NCBI GenBank assembly: GCA_046713235.1
Contig: JBKKBZ010000125.1
Location: 6,573 to 70,572 of the forward strand
Origin: Actinomycetota bacterium
GTDB lineage: Bacteria > Actinomycetota > AC-67
DNA: 64,000 nucleotides
Direction of reading: 5' to 3'
Below the pieces are notes generated by a model. It had not been told where the DNA came from. It made no database searches and was given only the letters and a program-made list of their open reading frames with translations. A program made the translations under genes and the position numbers. Below, one piece after another: positions 1-10,247 of the stretch; the stretch's first letter is position 1; every line of letters starts with the position of its first letter.

Positions 1-1232
1 CGGCCGACCCCGCATTGTGGGAACGCGTTTCCCGGCTCGCCGGAGTGGAGATCCGGCTTGGAGACTCGGGGGTGTCGGCCATGGCGGGTGCGGATCTGGT
101 CGTGGTGAGTCCGGGAGTTCGTCCGGATTCGCTGGCGCTCAGCACGGCGCGCCGGGAAGGGATCCCGATCTGGAGCGAAATCGAGCTCGCCTACTCGATG
201 GACGCTCGTCCCGAGCGATACGTCGCGGTGACCGGAACTAACGGAAAGACCACGACGACCCAGATGATCACTGCCGCCCTTCGGGCCTCGGACATCGAGG
301 CGCGAGCAGCCGGAAACATCGGCGTGCCGTTGATCGATGCGGTTGCCGGAACGGCCAAGGTGCTCGTCGTCGAGCTGTCGAGCTTTCAGCTTCAGCACAT
401 CGCGAGATTTCGCGCGGCGGTTGCCGTCATCTTGAATCTTGCGGACGATCATCTCGACTGGCACGGTTCGCGGCAGGCGTATGCGGCGGCAAAGGCGCGG
501 GCGTTCGAGAACCAGCGGCCCGGCGACGTTGCCGTGCATCACGACGATGTGGCATGTGCGCGGGCCGCTTCCACGGGAGCGGGGCGTCGGTTGCCGTTTG
601 CGGCGGAGCACCTCCCGGCCGGCGGGGCTGGGGTCGACGATGGCTGGATCGTCGTGCCCCAAGGGAGAGTGCTACCGATCGAAGCCCTCGATTCCCTGGC
701 TCCTCCGGCACGTACGAATGCCGTCGCTGCGGCTGCAGCCGCCTGCGCGGTCGGCGCGGATCCTGAAGCCGTCGGACGCGCGCTTGCTGCCTTCCGGCTC
801 GCCCAACATCGACTGGAGACTGTGGCGGTCATCGACGGAGTGACCTACGTCAACGATTCGAAGGCGACGAATCCCCACGCCACTCTCGGGGCCCTGCAGG
901 GTAACTCCGGAGTTGTTCTCATCGCAGGAGGACGCGCCAAGGGCATCGACCTCGGTGTCCTCGCCGGCGCAGCATCGGCTTTGCGGGGGGTTGTGGCGAT
1001 CGGTGAAGTGGCTCTAGATATCCTCCAGGCGTTTCCCACCGTCCGGGGGGAGAGAGCCGATTCCATGGACGAGGCGGTGGGACGTGCCGCGGCGCTCGCC
1101 CGGCCGGGCGATACGGTTCTGCTATCTCCGGCGTGCGCATCCTTCGACATGTTCACCGACTACAAGTCCCGCGGCGAGGCATTCCGTGCCGCCGTCAAGC
1201 GCCTGGCGGGGGAGGGGGGGATCGGATCGTGA
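1..1232 (+). CDS. murD: UDP-N-acetylmuramoylalanine--D-glutamate ligase MurD (5'-truncated by window edge)
   Basis: ORF 15..1232 has the Mur ligase ATP-binding motif GTNGKTTTT and a C-terminal Mur ligase domain. It lies directly upstream of ftsW in the dcw order. The N-terminus lies outside the window. Confidence 0.85.
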   Translation, partial: ADPALWERVSRLAGVEIRLGDSGVSAMAGADLVVVSPGVRPDSLALSTARREGIPIWSEIELAYSMDARPERYVAVTGTNGKTTTTQMITAALRASDIEARAAGNIGVPLIDAVAGTAKVLVVELSSFQLQHIARFRAAVAVILNLADDHLDWHGSRQAYAAAKARAFENQRPGDVAVHHDDVACARAASTGAGRRLPFAAEHLPAGGAGVDDGWIVVPQGRVLPIEALDSLAPPARTNAVAAAAAACAVGADPEAVGRALAAFRLAQHRLETVAVIDGVTYVNDSKATNPHATLGALQGNSGVVLIAGGRAKGIDLGVLAGAASALRGVVAIGEVALDILQAFPTVRGERADSMDEAVGRAAALARPGDTVLLSPACASFDMFTDYKSRGEAFRAAVKRLAGEGGIGS

Positions 1233-2419
1233 CGGTCATCGGACTCGCAAGCCCCCGGCGATGGAGGCAGGCGCGTGGACGTACCGCCTTGTTCGTAGGG
1301 GAGAGTACCTCGTCCTATTACCTGCTGGCGACGTCGACGGGAATCTTGATCCTTCTGGGTCTCCTGATGATTCTTTCAGCGTCGTCGGTGGCCGCGTACG
1401 CCCAGTACGGAAGTTCGTTCCTCTTCTTCCGGCGTCAGGTGATGTGGATTCTGCTGGGGCTCGTGGTGATGGTGATCTTGTCGAGAGTCGACTATCACCG
1501 GCTCCGGCCTTTCGGGTGGATCCTGTCCGCCGCAGCTCTCATCGGCTTGGGAGCGGTGCTGCATCCGGCAATCGGAATCCGCGCCGGCGGATCAAGCCGC
1601 TGGCTGTCGCTCGGGCCGCTGAACATCCAGCCTTCCGAGCTGATGAAGCTCGCGGTCCTGATTCTGGCTGCTGATGTGATCGCGCGAAAGCAGGGACACC
1701 TCCATCGATTGCGCGATATCGTCCTTCCACTGGGTCTTGTGGTTGTCACGGCATGCACGCTCGTCATGCTCCAGCCGGATCTCGGAACCACGCTGTTGAT
1801 CTGCCTCATTGCGTTCGCCGTCGTGTTCGTGGGCGGGACGTCCCTTCCTCTCATCGGGGCCGTCGGGCTGGCCGGCGCCGCAGGTGCGGCGGGACTTGCT
1901 TTTGCTGAGGGATATCGCCGGGCGCGAATCTTTTCCTTCCTCGATCCATTTTCCGACCCGCTCAACAGCGGGTATCAAGCCGTGCAATCGATGATCGCTC
2001 TTGGTTCGGGAGGACTCTTCGGCGTGGGGCTCGGACAGAGCCGTCAGAAGTGGCTCTACGTGCCGAATGCCCACACCGACTTCATCTTTGCGATCCTGGG
2101 TGAGGAACTCGGCATAATCGGAACCTTTGCTGTAGTCGGGCTGTTCTTGCTCATCGGGTACACGGGCATCAAGGTCGCGGTGCGTGCCCCCGACGCGTTC
2201 GGCCGACTGCTTGCGGGCGGCGCGACGGCGTGGATCGTCGGGCAAGGGATTGTGAACATGGGAGCCGTCACGGGTCTGCTTCCCATCACAGGGGTTCCGC
2301 TTCCGTTCGTGTCCTTCGGTGGTTCGGCGATGGTGTTCACGCTTGCCGCCGTCGGCATCCTTTGCAACGTTGCGCGTCAGGAGCGATCCGGCGCCAGGAT
2401 CACCGAGGGGGAGGAGTAA
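1229..2419 (+). CDS. ftsW: Peptidoglycan glycosyltransferase/lipid II flippase FtsW (SEDS family)
   Basis: Polytopic membrane protein resembling FtsW/RodA. A GTG at 1229 overlaps the murD stop as GTGA. The ORF-track start at 1133 overlaps murD by 100 nt and is unlikely. Confidence 0.85.
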   Translation: MTVIGLASPRRWRQARGRTALFVGESTSSYYLLATSTGILILLGLLMILSASSVAAYAQYGSSFLFFRRQVMWILLGLVVMVILSRVDYHRLRPFGWILSAAALIGLGAVLHPAIGIRAGGSSRWLSLGPLNIQPSELMKLAVLILAADVIARKQGHLHRLRDIVLPLGLVVVTACTLVMLQPDLGTTLLICLIAFAVVFVGGTSLPLIGAVGLAGAAGAAGLAFAEGYRRARIFSFLDPFSDPLNSGYQAVQSMIALGSGGLFGVGLGQSRQKWLYVPNAHTDFIFAILGEELGIIGTFAVVGLFLLIGYTGIKVAVRAPDAFGRLLAGGATAWIVGQGIVNMGAVTGLLPITGVPLPFVSFGGSAMVFTLAAVGILCNVARQERSGARITEGEE

Positions 2420-3555
2420 CCATCACCACGGCTGTAGTCATCGCCGGGGGCGGAACCGCGGGACACGTGTTTCCGGGTCTAGCCCTCGCCGACGCACTCG
2501 CGGGAGCCCGACGCGACGCTGTGATTTCGTTCGTCGGCACTCGCCGGGGTATTGAGACCACTTGGGTTCCCGCCGCCGGCCATCGGCTCCACCTAATCAA
2601 CGTGCTTCCTTGGTCCCCAAGCCTCGGTGCCCGGCGTGCACTCGTCCCGCTCGCATTGGGACGCGCCGTTCTTCAATGCTTGAGGATCTTGAGATCGGAG
2701 ACCGCCGATGTCGTGGTGGGGATGGGTGGGTATGCCAGCTTGCCGGCCGTCGCCGCCGCCAGGCTTTCGGGGATCCCGTCCGTCGTTCACGAGCAAAACG
2801 CGGCAGCGGGATTGGCCAACGTCGTCGGTGCGAGGCTGACGGCAAACGTATCACTGGCGTTCCGGGAGGCGAGAGGCGCCTTTCCGAAGTCGGCTCGCGT
2901 GCGAGTGATCGGGAATCCCATACGCGATTCGGTCGCCACAGTCGACCGACATCGTTCGCGGGGCGAGGCCCGCGAAGCCCTGGGACTGGCCGCCGATCGA
3001 CCAACCCTCGTGGTGTTCGGTGGAAGTCTCGGCGCGGCGCGCCTCAACGCGGCGGCGATTGCGATCTCCCGGCAATGGAAGGAGAGAAACGATCGTCAAT
3101 TGCTGGTAATCGCGGGCCGAGGACACGAATCGACGGTGCGGGAAGCCGCGGGCGCGGAATCCGCTCGCGTTGTGGGATTCGTAGAGCGCATGGAGCTGGT
3201 GTACGCGGCCGCAGATCTCGTGCTGTGCCGGGCGGGTGCGCTGACGATCGCGGAGGTCTCGGCCGCAGGAGTGCCGTCGGTTCTCGTTCCCTATCCACAT
3301 GCGCGGCGCGACCACCAGGCAGCGAATGCCCGCGCACTTGCCGCAAAGGGCGGCGCTGTTGTCGTCGCCGATGCCGATGCGGAGCCCGAGCGTCTCGGCG
3401 TCCTGATCGACGAGCTTTTGGCCGACCGAAGCCGCCTTTCCGGCATCGGGACGGCGGCGCGCAACTTCGGGCGCCCGCACGCCGCCCGGGAGCTGGCCGC
3501 GTGGGTTCTGGATCTGGCCGGTCCTGCTCGTGCGCCCAAAGGTGACCGGAGATGA
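2416..3555 (+). CDS. murG: UDP-GlcNAc:undecaprenyl-PP-MurNAc-pentapeptide GlcNAc transferase MurG (start codon uncertain)
   Basis: N-terminal IAGGGTAGHVFPGLALADAL matches the MurG glycine-rich motif. The C-terminal GT28 domain is present. The true start is near 2416-2425; no canonical ATG/GTG/TTG immediately precedes the conserved N-terminus. Confidence 0.8.
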   Translation, partial: VTITTAVVIAGGGTAGHVFPGLALADALAGARRDAVISFVGTRRGIETTWVPAAGHRLHLINVLPWSPSLGARRALVPLALGRAVLQCLRILRSETADVVVGMGGYASLPAVAAARLSGIPSVVHEQNAAAGLANVVGARLTANVSLAFREARGAFPKSARVRVIGNPIRDSVATVDRHRSRGEAREALGLAADRPTLVVFGGSLGAARLNAAAIAISRQWKERNDRQLLVIAGRGHESTVREAAGAESARVVGFVERMELVYAAADLVLCRAGALTIAEVSAAGVPSVLVPYPHARRDHQAANARALAAKGGAVVVADADAEPERLGVLIDELLADRSRLSGIGTAARNFGRPHAARELAAWVLDLAGPARAPKGDRR

Positions 3556-4979
3556 GCTCGGCCGGTCCGCCCCGCGGCCTGGAACGGGTCCACTTCGTCG
3601 GCATCGGCGGCGCGGGAATGAGCGCGCTGGCCAAGGTTTTGATCGCGCGCGGCAGCCTCGTCGGCGGTTCGGACTTGAAGGATGGCCGGGCGCTCGACGC
3701 GCTTCGCGCACTAGGCGCGGACGTTCGGGTGGGCCATGCGTCGGAGAACGTGAGCGATGGTGCTACCGTCGTAGTGTCGTCTGCCATTCCTCCCGGCAAC
3801 CCCGAGTTGCGGGCGGCTACGGAGCGGGGACTCGTTGTGCTTCAGCGGGCGCAGGTCTTGGCCGTTCTCATGCGCGAGCGCAGAGGAATCGCGGTGGCCG
3901 GAACGCACGGGAAGACAACGACCACCTCGATGATCGCCGTCGTCCTTCAACGCGCAGGACTCGACCCCACGTTTCTGATCGGCGGGGATCTCAACGAGAC
4001 CGGAACCAACGCCCGGCACGGGGAGGGAATGTGGCTTCTTGCGGAGGCGGACGAGAGCGACGGATCGTTCTTATGGCTCGGCCCTGAGATCGCCGTTGTG
4101 ACGAACGTCGAGGCCGACCACCTCGACCACTACGCAGACGAGCAGGCGGTACGGGAAGCCTTCGCCGTGTTCCTCGAGAATGTTGATCCCGGCGGGGTGG
4201 CGGTCGTTTGTGCCGATGACGCCGGCGCGCGGGCTGCGGCGTTGGGGATTCGCGCACGCACGGTGACCTACGGGCTCTCAGACGGCCGCCTAACGGCGCG
4301 CGTCTCGCAGGCCGGTCCGGGCGGAACCGTCTCGGACGTTGCCTGGGACGGGCGTCCTCTCGGCCGGCTGCGGCTCTCGGTTCCCGGGGAGCACAACGTC
4401 CGCAATGCGCTTGCCGCGCTGGCCGTTGTGAGGGAGGTCGGGGTGGAATTCGACGTGGCGGCTGAGGCCCTTGCCTCGTTCACGGGCGTTCAGAGGAGGT
4501 TCCAGGTTCGCGGGGCAGCAGACGGCGTGATTCTTATCGACGACTATGCCCATCATCCGACCGAGATACGGGCGACTCTCGCATCCGCACGTGAGCGCGG
4601 GTGGCACCGGATCGTAGCCGTCTTCCAGCCTCATCGGTATTCGCGCACGCGGTATCTCGGGGCGGCGCTCGGATCGGCTCTCGCCGGCGCGGACGTCGCT
4701 GTGGTCACAGACGTCTACGGTGCCGGTGAGGATCCGGTACCCGGGATTACCGGGAAGGTGGTAGTCGACGGCCTCCTCGCCTCAGCGCCTCGTGCTCGAG
4801 CTGTGTATGTCCCCAAACGTGGAGACGTTGCGCAAGTCGTCGCTGCCGTCGCCGAGCCGGGGAACCTCGTGCTTACGATTGGTGCCGGCGATGTGACGAT
4901 GATGGCCGACGAAATTCTCATCGCACTCGCCTCACGTGAGGCCGATCGAACACTTGCGAGAGTTCGAGGTGCCTCATGA
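3552..4979 (+). CDS. murC: UDP-N-acetylmuramate--L-alanine ligase MurC
   Basis: Mur ligase motif GTHGKTTTTSMIAVVL; 475 aa. The ATG overlaps the murG stop as ATGA. Confidence 0.9.
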   Translation: MSSAGPPRGLERVHFVGIGGAGMSALAKVLIARGSLVGGSDLKDGRALDALRALGADVRVGHASENVSDGATVVVSSAIPPGNPELRAATERGLVVLQRAQVLAVLMRERRGIAVAGTHGKTTTTSMIAVVLQRAGLDPTFLIGGDLNETGTNARHGEGMWLLAEADESDGSFLWLGPEIAVVTNVEADHLDHYADEQAVREAFAVFLENVDPGGVAVVCADDAGARAAALGIRARTVTYGLSDGRLTARVSQAGPGGTVSDVAWDGRPLGRLRLSVPGEHNVRNALAALAVVREVGVEFDVAAEALASFTGVQRRFQVRGAADGVILIDDYAHHPTEIRATLASARERGWHRIVAVFQPHRYSRTRYLGAALGSALAGADVAVVTDVYGAGEDPVPGITGKVVVDGLLASAPRARAVYVPKRGDVAQVVAAVAEPGNLVLTIGAGDVTMMADEILIALASREADRTLARVRGAS

Positions 4980-5914
4980 CGTCGGTCGTTGAGCAGGCCT
5001 TCGACGCTCTTCAATCTGCCGCGCATGGACGGGTGGAGCGCTCTGCGTCGCTCGCCGGAATGACGTCTTACCGGCTCGGCGGTTCCGCGGCGATCTTTCT
5101 CGAGGCCGAATCCGAAGCCGATCTCCAGGCGCTTGCGCGCGTTGTGGGCCGGACCGGGCTGGATCTTCTGATCCTCGGCCGCGGGTCGAACCTGCTCGTC
5201 TCGGATTTGGGATTCGATGGGATCGCGGTCCGGCTCGGGTCGGGATTCCGCTGGTCCAGGATCGAAGGGACGCATCTCCGGGCCGGTGCGGCCGTCCCCT
5301 TGCCGTCACTCGCCGTGCTTGCGGCGGAGCGGGGCCTGGCCGGGTTTGAATTCGCCGTCGCGATCCCGGCGAGTCTCGGGGGCGCGGTGCGCATGAACGC
5401 CGGGGCGCACGGGCGCGAGACGGGAGAAGTGCTCGAGGAGGTCGGGGGCATTGTGATCCCGTCGGGGGAGGCCGTCTCGATTCGCCGGCCGACTCACACG
5501 TACCGAGCGACGGATCTGCCCCAGGGACTGGTCGTGACGCGCGCATCCCTGGCTCTTACTCCGGGGGATACGGACGCGATCTCGGCCCGGCTTCGGGAGG
5601 CGCGTGAATGGCGGCGCGCGCACCAGCCGCTCAATCTGCCGAATGCCGGCAGCGTTTTCAAGAACCCTGCAGGGGAGTCGGCCGGGCGTCTCATCGAGCG
5701 GATTTGCGGCCCGATGGTCGTCGGCCGGGCCCGGATCTCGGAAGTTCATGCGAACTTCATCGTCGCCGAGCGAGGTGCTCGCGCAGACGAGGTGTACACC
5801 CTCATCCGTCGCATTCAACGGTCTGTCGCCGAGAGCGCGGGTATCGCGCTGGAGCCCGAAGTCCGGCTCGTCGGTGCATTCGAGGAGGTGTCCGATGACT
5901 CCGCCGTACGCTGA
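4976..5914 (+). CDS. murB: UDP-N-acetylenolpyruvoylglucosamine reductase MurB
   Basis: FAD-binding PCMH-type domain (SYRLGG...) plus MurB C-terminal domain. Start overlaps the murC stop. Confidence 0.88.
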   Translation: MTSVVEQAFDALQSAAHGRVERSASLAGMTSYRLGGSAAIFLEAESEADLQALARVVGRTGLDLLILGRGSNLLVSDLGFDGIAVRLGSGFRWSRIEGTHLRAGAAVPLPSLAVLAAERGLAGFEFAVAIPASLGGAVRMNAGAHGRETGEVLEEVGGIVIPSGEAVSIRRPTHTYRATDLPQGLVVTRASLALTPGDTDAISARLREAREWRRAHQPLNLPNAGSVFKNPAGESAGRLIERICGPMVVGRARISEVHANFIVAERGARADEVYTLIRRIQRSVAESAGIALEPEVRLVGAFEEVSDDSAVR

Positions 5915-6674
5915 CGTCCTTCACCCCGCGAAGCTCGTTTCCCGCCGACGCGAAGTTCGACTGGCGCGGGTCCGCCGGGTCCGCCGTATGCTCTTGGCCG
6001 TCGCCGTGGCTCTGGGACTGTCGTATGGAGGGTGGGCGGTGGCGCACTCGTCTTTGTTTGCGCTCGACGCCATCCAGATGAAAGGCCTGACAAGGCTGAC
6101 GGATGGAGAAGTCTTGCGGGCAGCGGGGATTCACAAGGGTCAGAACGCATTTTCCGTCGACGAGGCCGCCGTGCGGCGGCGCATCGAGGCCCTGCCGCTG
6201 GTTGCCTCTGCCCGGGTGGAGCGTCACTACCCGGGGAAGCTCCAGATCATCGTGGTGGAGCGCGTGCCGGCTGCCGTGATCGAGATGCCGGGAGCTAGAT
6301 GGCTCGTGGACCGCGACGGCATCGCGCTCGGATTCGCCGGCCGAGAGGGACGTGGGCTTCCGATCATCCTGACGGGGCGCACCGCCTTGCACGCCGGAGC
6401 GACGTTCCCGAGTGCCGGCGTCATCGAGGCCCTCGCGATTTGGCGGGGCTTACCCCGAGAGTTGCAGGAGAAAGTGGAAGGGATCGAAGCCGATTCGCCA
6501 AACGAGGTGATTGTTCGGGTCGCCGGGGCGCGAGCGGTGTTCGGGACCGCCGATTATCTGGATCGTAAGATCGCGGCCCTTCTGGCGATTCTCGACCGGG
6601 CGAACCGCGAACGTTCCCGGTTGCTCATCGCAGACGTTCGGGCTCCTGAGCGTCCCGCAGCTCGATTCGCCTGA
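5895..6674 (+). CDS. ftsQ: Cell division protein FtsQ/DivIB (POTRA domain)
   Basis: ATG at 5895 preceded by the RBS GAGGAGG. N-terminal TM helix followed by a POTRA-like region. Sits between murB and ftsZ. Confidence 0.8.
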   Translation: MTPPYADVLHPAKLVSRRREVRLARVRRVRRMLLAVAVALGLSYGGWAVAHSSLFALDAIQMKGLTRLTDGEVLRAAGIHKGQNAFSVDEAAVRRRIEALPLVASARVERHYPGKLQIIVVERVPAAVIEMPGARWLVDRDGIALGFAGREGRGLPIILTGRTALHAGATFPSAGVIEALAIWRGLPRELQEKVEGIEADSPNEVIVRVAGARAVFGTADYLDRKIAALLAILDRANRERSRLLIADVRAPERPAARFA

Positions 6675-7065
6675 CACCGAGGATCCATTCTGCAGGTTCT
6701 TCCGCTGCCGGACCCTCAACCAGCGAATGGTCATTTCATTCGTCTAGGGCTTGACTCTAGGGTGATGGTCTTTGTATCGTCTGAAGCGTCAGGTGAGGTT
6801 TATATAACATTGAACCTAAAGTAGAGATTCAGGAACAGAGCTGACCTGCGGAAACAAGCCCTTCGCTTTCCCAGCGCGTTCCCTTCCCCAGCGCGCATGG
6901 ACCCGAACTTGAGGGTCCGTGAGCGTGACGCGCACGAAGTCGCGTGCAGGCCGGAGCCTCGGCATGCTCGTGGCCGGAGAGATATTTCGACCGAACGGAC
7001 GGGAAGGACGCGACCGGATTGATCCGGTATGACGCCTGGGTGAAGAGCCAAGGAGGGGGCAACTG
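6675..7065 (+). promoter_or_regulatory. ftsQ-ftsZ intergenic region with AT-rich promoter cluster (ftsZ promoters/5' UTR)
   Basis: A 391-bp non-coding stretch. Bases 6730-6830 are markedly AT-rich in a 70% GC genome (TTGACT at 6751; TATATAACAT at 6801). The ftsZ RBS AAGGAGGGGG lies at 7049-7058. Confidence 0.5.
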
Positions 7066-8148
7066 ATGGCAACAACGCCTCAGAACTATCTCGCGGTGAT
7101 CAAGGTCGTCGGTATCGGCGGCGGCGGGGTCAACGCGGTAAACCGAATGATCGAAGAGGGCCTCAAAGGGGTCGAGTTCATCGCGATCAATACCGACGCA
7201 CAAGCTCTACTCATGTCGGACGCGGACCTCAAGCTCGATATCGGCCGGGAGATCACCCGAGGCCTTGGGGCCGGCTCCGATCCCGAGATGGGGCGGCGGG
7301 CGGTTGAGGATGCGCGCGACACGATCGAGGAGGTCCTGAAGGGTGCCGACATGGTGTTCGTCACCGCCGGCGAGGGCGGGGGAACAGGAACCGGCGGGGC
7401 CCCCATAGTCTCCGAGATCGCCAAGACGATCGGAGCGCTCACAATAGGTGTCGTCACCAGGCCGTTCTCCTTTGAGCGCAAGGTTCGGGCCGAGCAGGCC
7501 GATCGCGGGATTCAAGAGCTGAAGAACAAGGTCGACACGCTCATCATCATCCCGAACGACCGGCTTCTGGATGTCGCCGACGAGAACACCACGGTCCTCG
7601 ACGCGTTCAAGATGGCGGACATGGTGCTCCTCCAAGGCGTGCAGGGCATCACCGATCTCATCACGACGCCGGGCCTGATCAACTTGGACTTCGCCGACGT
7701 GAAGGCGATTCTGACCGACGCCGGCTCGGCCCTCATGGGCGTCGGCCACTCGCGCGGCGACAACCGAGCCGTGGAAGCAGCGCGCGCGGCGATCTCCAGC
7801 CCGCTGCTGGAGTCCAGCATCGACGGTGCTCGTGGCATTCTGCTGAACATCACCGGCGGAAGTGAGCTCACGCTCTACGAGGTGAACGAGTCTGCACGGA
7901 TCATCAGCGACCACGCTCACCCCGAAGCAAACGTCATCTTCGGTGCCGCAATCGACGACTCTCTGGGCGACGAAGTTCGCGTCACCGTCGTCGCGGCCGG
8001 ATTCGATCGCTGGGCGCGGCGAGAGGCAGGTCTCGCTCTGGAGGAAGAGGAGGACGAGCTGCTCGAAGAGGCCAAGCCTGCCCGTCGGACCCTGGTGTTC
8101 GACTCCGAGGACGAGCTCGAGGATATTCCTTCGTTCCTCCGGCGGTAA
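7066..8148 (+). CDS. ftsZ: Cell division GTPase FtsZ
   Basis: Contains the tubulin signature GGGTGTG and the N-terminal [15 protein letters not shown]. Has the acidic C-terminal tail and conserved C-terminal peptide. Preceded by an RBS. Confidence 0.97.
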   Translation: MATTPQNYLAVIKVVGIGGGGVNAVNRMIEEGLKGVEFIAINTDAQALLMSDADLKLDIGREITRGLGAGSDPEMGRRAVEDARDTIEEVLKGADMVFVTAGEGGGTGTGGAPIVSEIAKTIGALTIGVVTRPFSFERKVRAEQADRGIQELKNKVDTLIIIPNDRLLDVADENTTVLDAFKMADMVLLQGVQGITDLITTPGLINLDFADVKAILTDAGSALMGVGHSRGDNRAVEAARAAISSPLLESSIDGARGILLNITGGSELTLYEVNESARIISDHAHPEANVIFGAAIDDSLGDEVRVTVVAAGFDRWARREAGLALEEEEDELLEEAKPARRTLVFDSEDELEDIPSFLRR

Positions 8149-8171
8149 CCGAACCGGCAAGTCGGTTTGCT

Positions 8172-8969
8172 GTGTTCGTCTGGCGGGGACTCCCGGGGCG
8201 CGCAGGGATGCGCCCCGGGGCCGTGCTCGCCGTTCCGGCCCTGGAGGCGGCGGGGATCCGGGCCGTCTTCACGACGCGCAGCGGCGGGGCCGGCGAGGGC
8301 GCGCTCGCCTCGCTCAACCTTGCTCATACCGCGGGAGAGGTCCCGGACCGCGTCTATTTGAATCGCCGGCGCGTCCTGGACGCGGTGGGCGCTCCCCTCT
8401 CCGCGTGGACGAGCGGCCGGCAGATTCACGGAGCCGAGGTCGGCGAAGCGATCGAATCCGACCGCGGGGCGGGTCTCGAAGGGCCAGAGACGTCGATTCC
8501 TGGGGTCGATGCGCTATGGACGGCGAAGCCGGGAATCGCCCTTGCCGTCCTTGTCGCCGACTGCCTTCCCATTCTGCTCGCCGAGCCTGATCGACGCCGG
8601 GTTGCAACGATCCATGCCGGCTGGCGCGGACTTTCTGCTGGGATCGTGGGTCGGACGGTCGACGCCCTTGGTTCGGATGCGTCGGCGCTCCTCGCCTACG
8701 TCGGCCCGGCGATCGGCCCGTGTTGTTACGAGGTGGGGGAGGAGGTCGCCGTTGCCGTCGAAGAGGCGGTGGGGGATTCCCGATCGGTGCGGCGCGAAGA
8801 TGGACGGATTTGGGTCGATCTTTGGTCCGCGGCGGCCGCGGCGCTTCGGCTGGCAGGCGTGAGGCAGCTGCGTTTTGCAGGCTTGTGCACGCGCTCCGAG
8901 CCACACCGTTTCTTCTCCCACCGTGGTGGATCGACTGGGCGCCAGGGTCTCGTGGCGATGATGTCGTGA
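8172..8969 (+). CDS. pgeF: YfiH/PgeF family (laccase-domain/DUF152) purine nucleoside phosphorylase-like protein
   Basis: Family-typical length (265 aa) and composition. Conserved actinobacterial/Gram-positive position immediately after ftsZ (ylmD). Confidence 0.7.
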   Translation: MFVWRGLPGRAGMRPGAVLAVPALEAAGIRAVFTTRSGGAGEGALASLNLAHTAGEVPDRVYLNRRRVLDAVGAPLSAWTSGRQIHGAEVGEAIESDRGAGLEGPETSIPGVDALWTAKPGIALAVLVADCLPILLAEPDRRRVATIHAGWRGLSAGIVGRTVDALGSDASALLAYVGPAIGPCCYEVGEEVAVAVEEAVGDSRSVRREDGRIWVDLWSAAAAALRLAGVRQLRFAGLCTRSEPHRFFSHRGGSTGRQGLVAMMS

Positions 8970-9679
8970 GCGCGGGCGACATCGCATCTGCCGTGGCGGC
9001 GGTGCGCGCACGCATCGTGCAGGCTTGCGTTCGAGCGGGTCGCGCCCCCGATGCGGTCCGTCTGGTTGTGGCCACGAAAACGGTACCACCGGCCGGCGTG
9101 CTGGCAGCGATCCGAGGGGGAGCCGACACGGTTGGGGAAAACGTCATCCAAGAGATGACCGCCAAACAGGACGCACTCGCCGGAGAGCCCGACGCGTCCG
9201 GGACGCGCTGGGACTTCATCGGCACCCTTCAGCGAAACAAGGTTAAGCAGGTCGTCGGACGGGTGGCTATGGTGCATGGGGTGGACTCGGTCCGCCTGGC
9301 AGAGGCGATGAGCGCGCGCGCGTCGGCTGCGGGATTGGTGCAGGAGGTGCTCATCGAGGTCAACGTCTCGGGAGAGGCTACCAAGCACGGTTTCCCCGTC
9401 GCCGGGTTGCCCGGCGCGGTCACGGAGATCGGCGACCTCTCGGGAGTGGTCGTCCGCGGGGCCATGACCGTCGCGCCGGCGCGAGACCCAGAGCAGGCGC
9501 GCCGCTGTTTCGCCTCTCTGGCGCAGATCATCCGGGAGGACTGGTGGCCCGCCGGCGCCGGGGAGTTGTCGATGGGGATGAGTGACGACTTCGAGCTCGC
9601 AATTGAGGAAGGCGCCACGATGGTGCGTGTGGGCAGCGCGATCTTTGGCGCCCATTCCGGCCTGGGTCTGGGAGCGTAG
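8966..9679 (+). CDS. yggS: YggS/YlmE family pyridoxal-phosphate homeostasis protein
   Basis: A GTG at 8966 overlaps the pgeF stop as GTGA. The C-terminal 238 aa match the alanine-racemase-fold YggS family (VATKTV... lysine region). Confidence 0.8.
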   Translation: MSAGDIASAVAAVRARIVQACVRAGRAPDAVRLVVATKTVPPAGVLAAIRGGADTVGENVIQEMTAKQDALAGEPDASGTRWDFIGTLQRNKVKQVVGRVAMVHGVDSVRLAEAMSARASAAGLVQEVLIEVNVSGEATKHGFPVAGLPGAVTEIGDLSGVVVRGAMTVAPARDPEQARRCFASLAQIIREDWWPAGAGELSMGMSDDFELAIEEGATMVRVGSAIFGAHSGLGLGA

Positions 9680-9764
9680 CGTGCCGCTTCCCGGGACGAG
9701 GTTCGCCCCCAGCGCCGCTTCCGTGCCATAGGCTAGAGAACACGAGGGGAGGACGGAGGTACCG

Positions 9765-10232
9765 ATGGCCACAGCCTGGAAGAAGACGCTCGTGTATCTC
9801 GGGCTCATGGAAGAGGATGACGAGTTCGAGGAGCTTCCCCGGTACGAGCAAACGCGCCGTGACGAGACGCCACCGGTTGTTCGCACGGTTCGCCCCGAGT
9901 CGAACCACCCTGCCGGCCGCGGAGTCGTCCGGCAGATGCCGGGCACCGCCGGCCCGCGACAGGTTCACGTCGTGGAGCCGCGGATCTACGATGACGCCCA
10001 GCAGTTCGCAGACCGGTTCAAGAGCGGAGTGCCGGTCATCCTCAATCTTCGCATGACGGAGCCGAAGCACGCGCCGAAGATTCTCCACTTCGCGTCGGGC
10101 CTGGTGTACGGACTGAACGGACGCATGCAGCGCGTAGCCGACTCTGTGTTCCTCATCACACCGTTCAATGTCGAAGTGTCGAGCGAGGAGAAACAGCGCC
10201 TGGCGGAAAACGGCTGGTTCGACGAGCTCTGA
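9765..10232 (+). CDS. sepF: Cell division protein SepF
   Basis: 155 aa with an acidic linker. The C-terminal SepF core (PVILNLRMTEPKHAPKILHFASGLVYGLNG...ITPFNVEV) is present. Preceded by a strong RBS. Confidence 0.9.
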   Translation: MATAWKKTLVYLGLMEEDDEFEELPRYEQTRRDETPPVVRTVRPESNHPAGRGVVRQMPGTAGPRQVHVVEPRIYDDAQQFADRFKSGVPVILNLRMTEPKHAPKILHFASGLVYGLNGRMQRVADSVFLITPFNVEVSSEEKQRLAENGWFDEL

Positions 10233-10247
10233 TTTCGGAGGCGCAAC

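Noticed and set aside
1133-1228. Extended N-termini of ftsW (1133), murG (2230), ftsQ (5604), yggS (8720), rluD (17153), hisH (26680), hisA (27117), hisF (27500), methyltransferase (28483), Rieske protein (32828), livM (47280) and DUF2203 (62358) as given in the ORF track
   Set aside because: Each extension overlaps the upstream gene extensively in another frame. Conserved N-terminal motifs and start/stop overlap junctions (ATGA, GTGA, TGATG) indicate the shorter starts reported in features.
2851-3711. Long antisense ORFs overlapping murG/murC (for example 2851..3711-, 3044..3799-) and similar antisense or alternate-frame ORFs throughout (8314..9225-, 8726..9946-, 15904..16938-, 16916..18112-, 18946..20532-, 24773..25756-, 55033..56490-, 57767..59344-, 59449..61404-)
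   Set aside because: In a ~70% GC genome, stop codons are rare in non-coding frames. These ORFs are Arg/Pro/Ala/Gly-rich and lack motifs. They overlap well-supported genes on the opposite strand.
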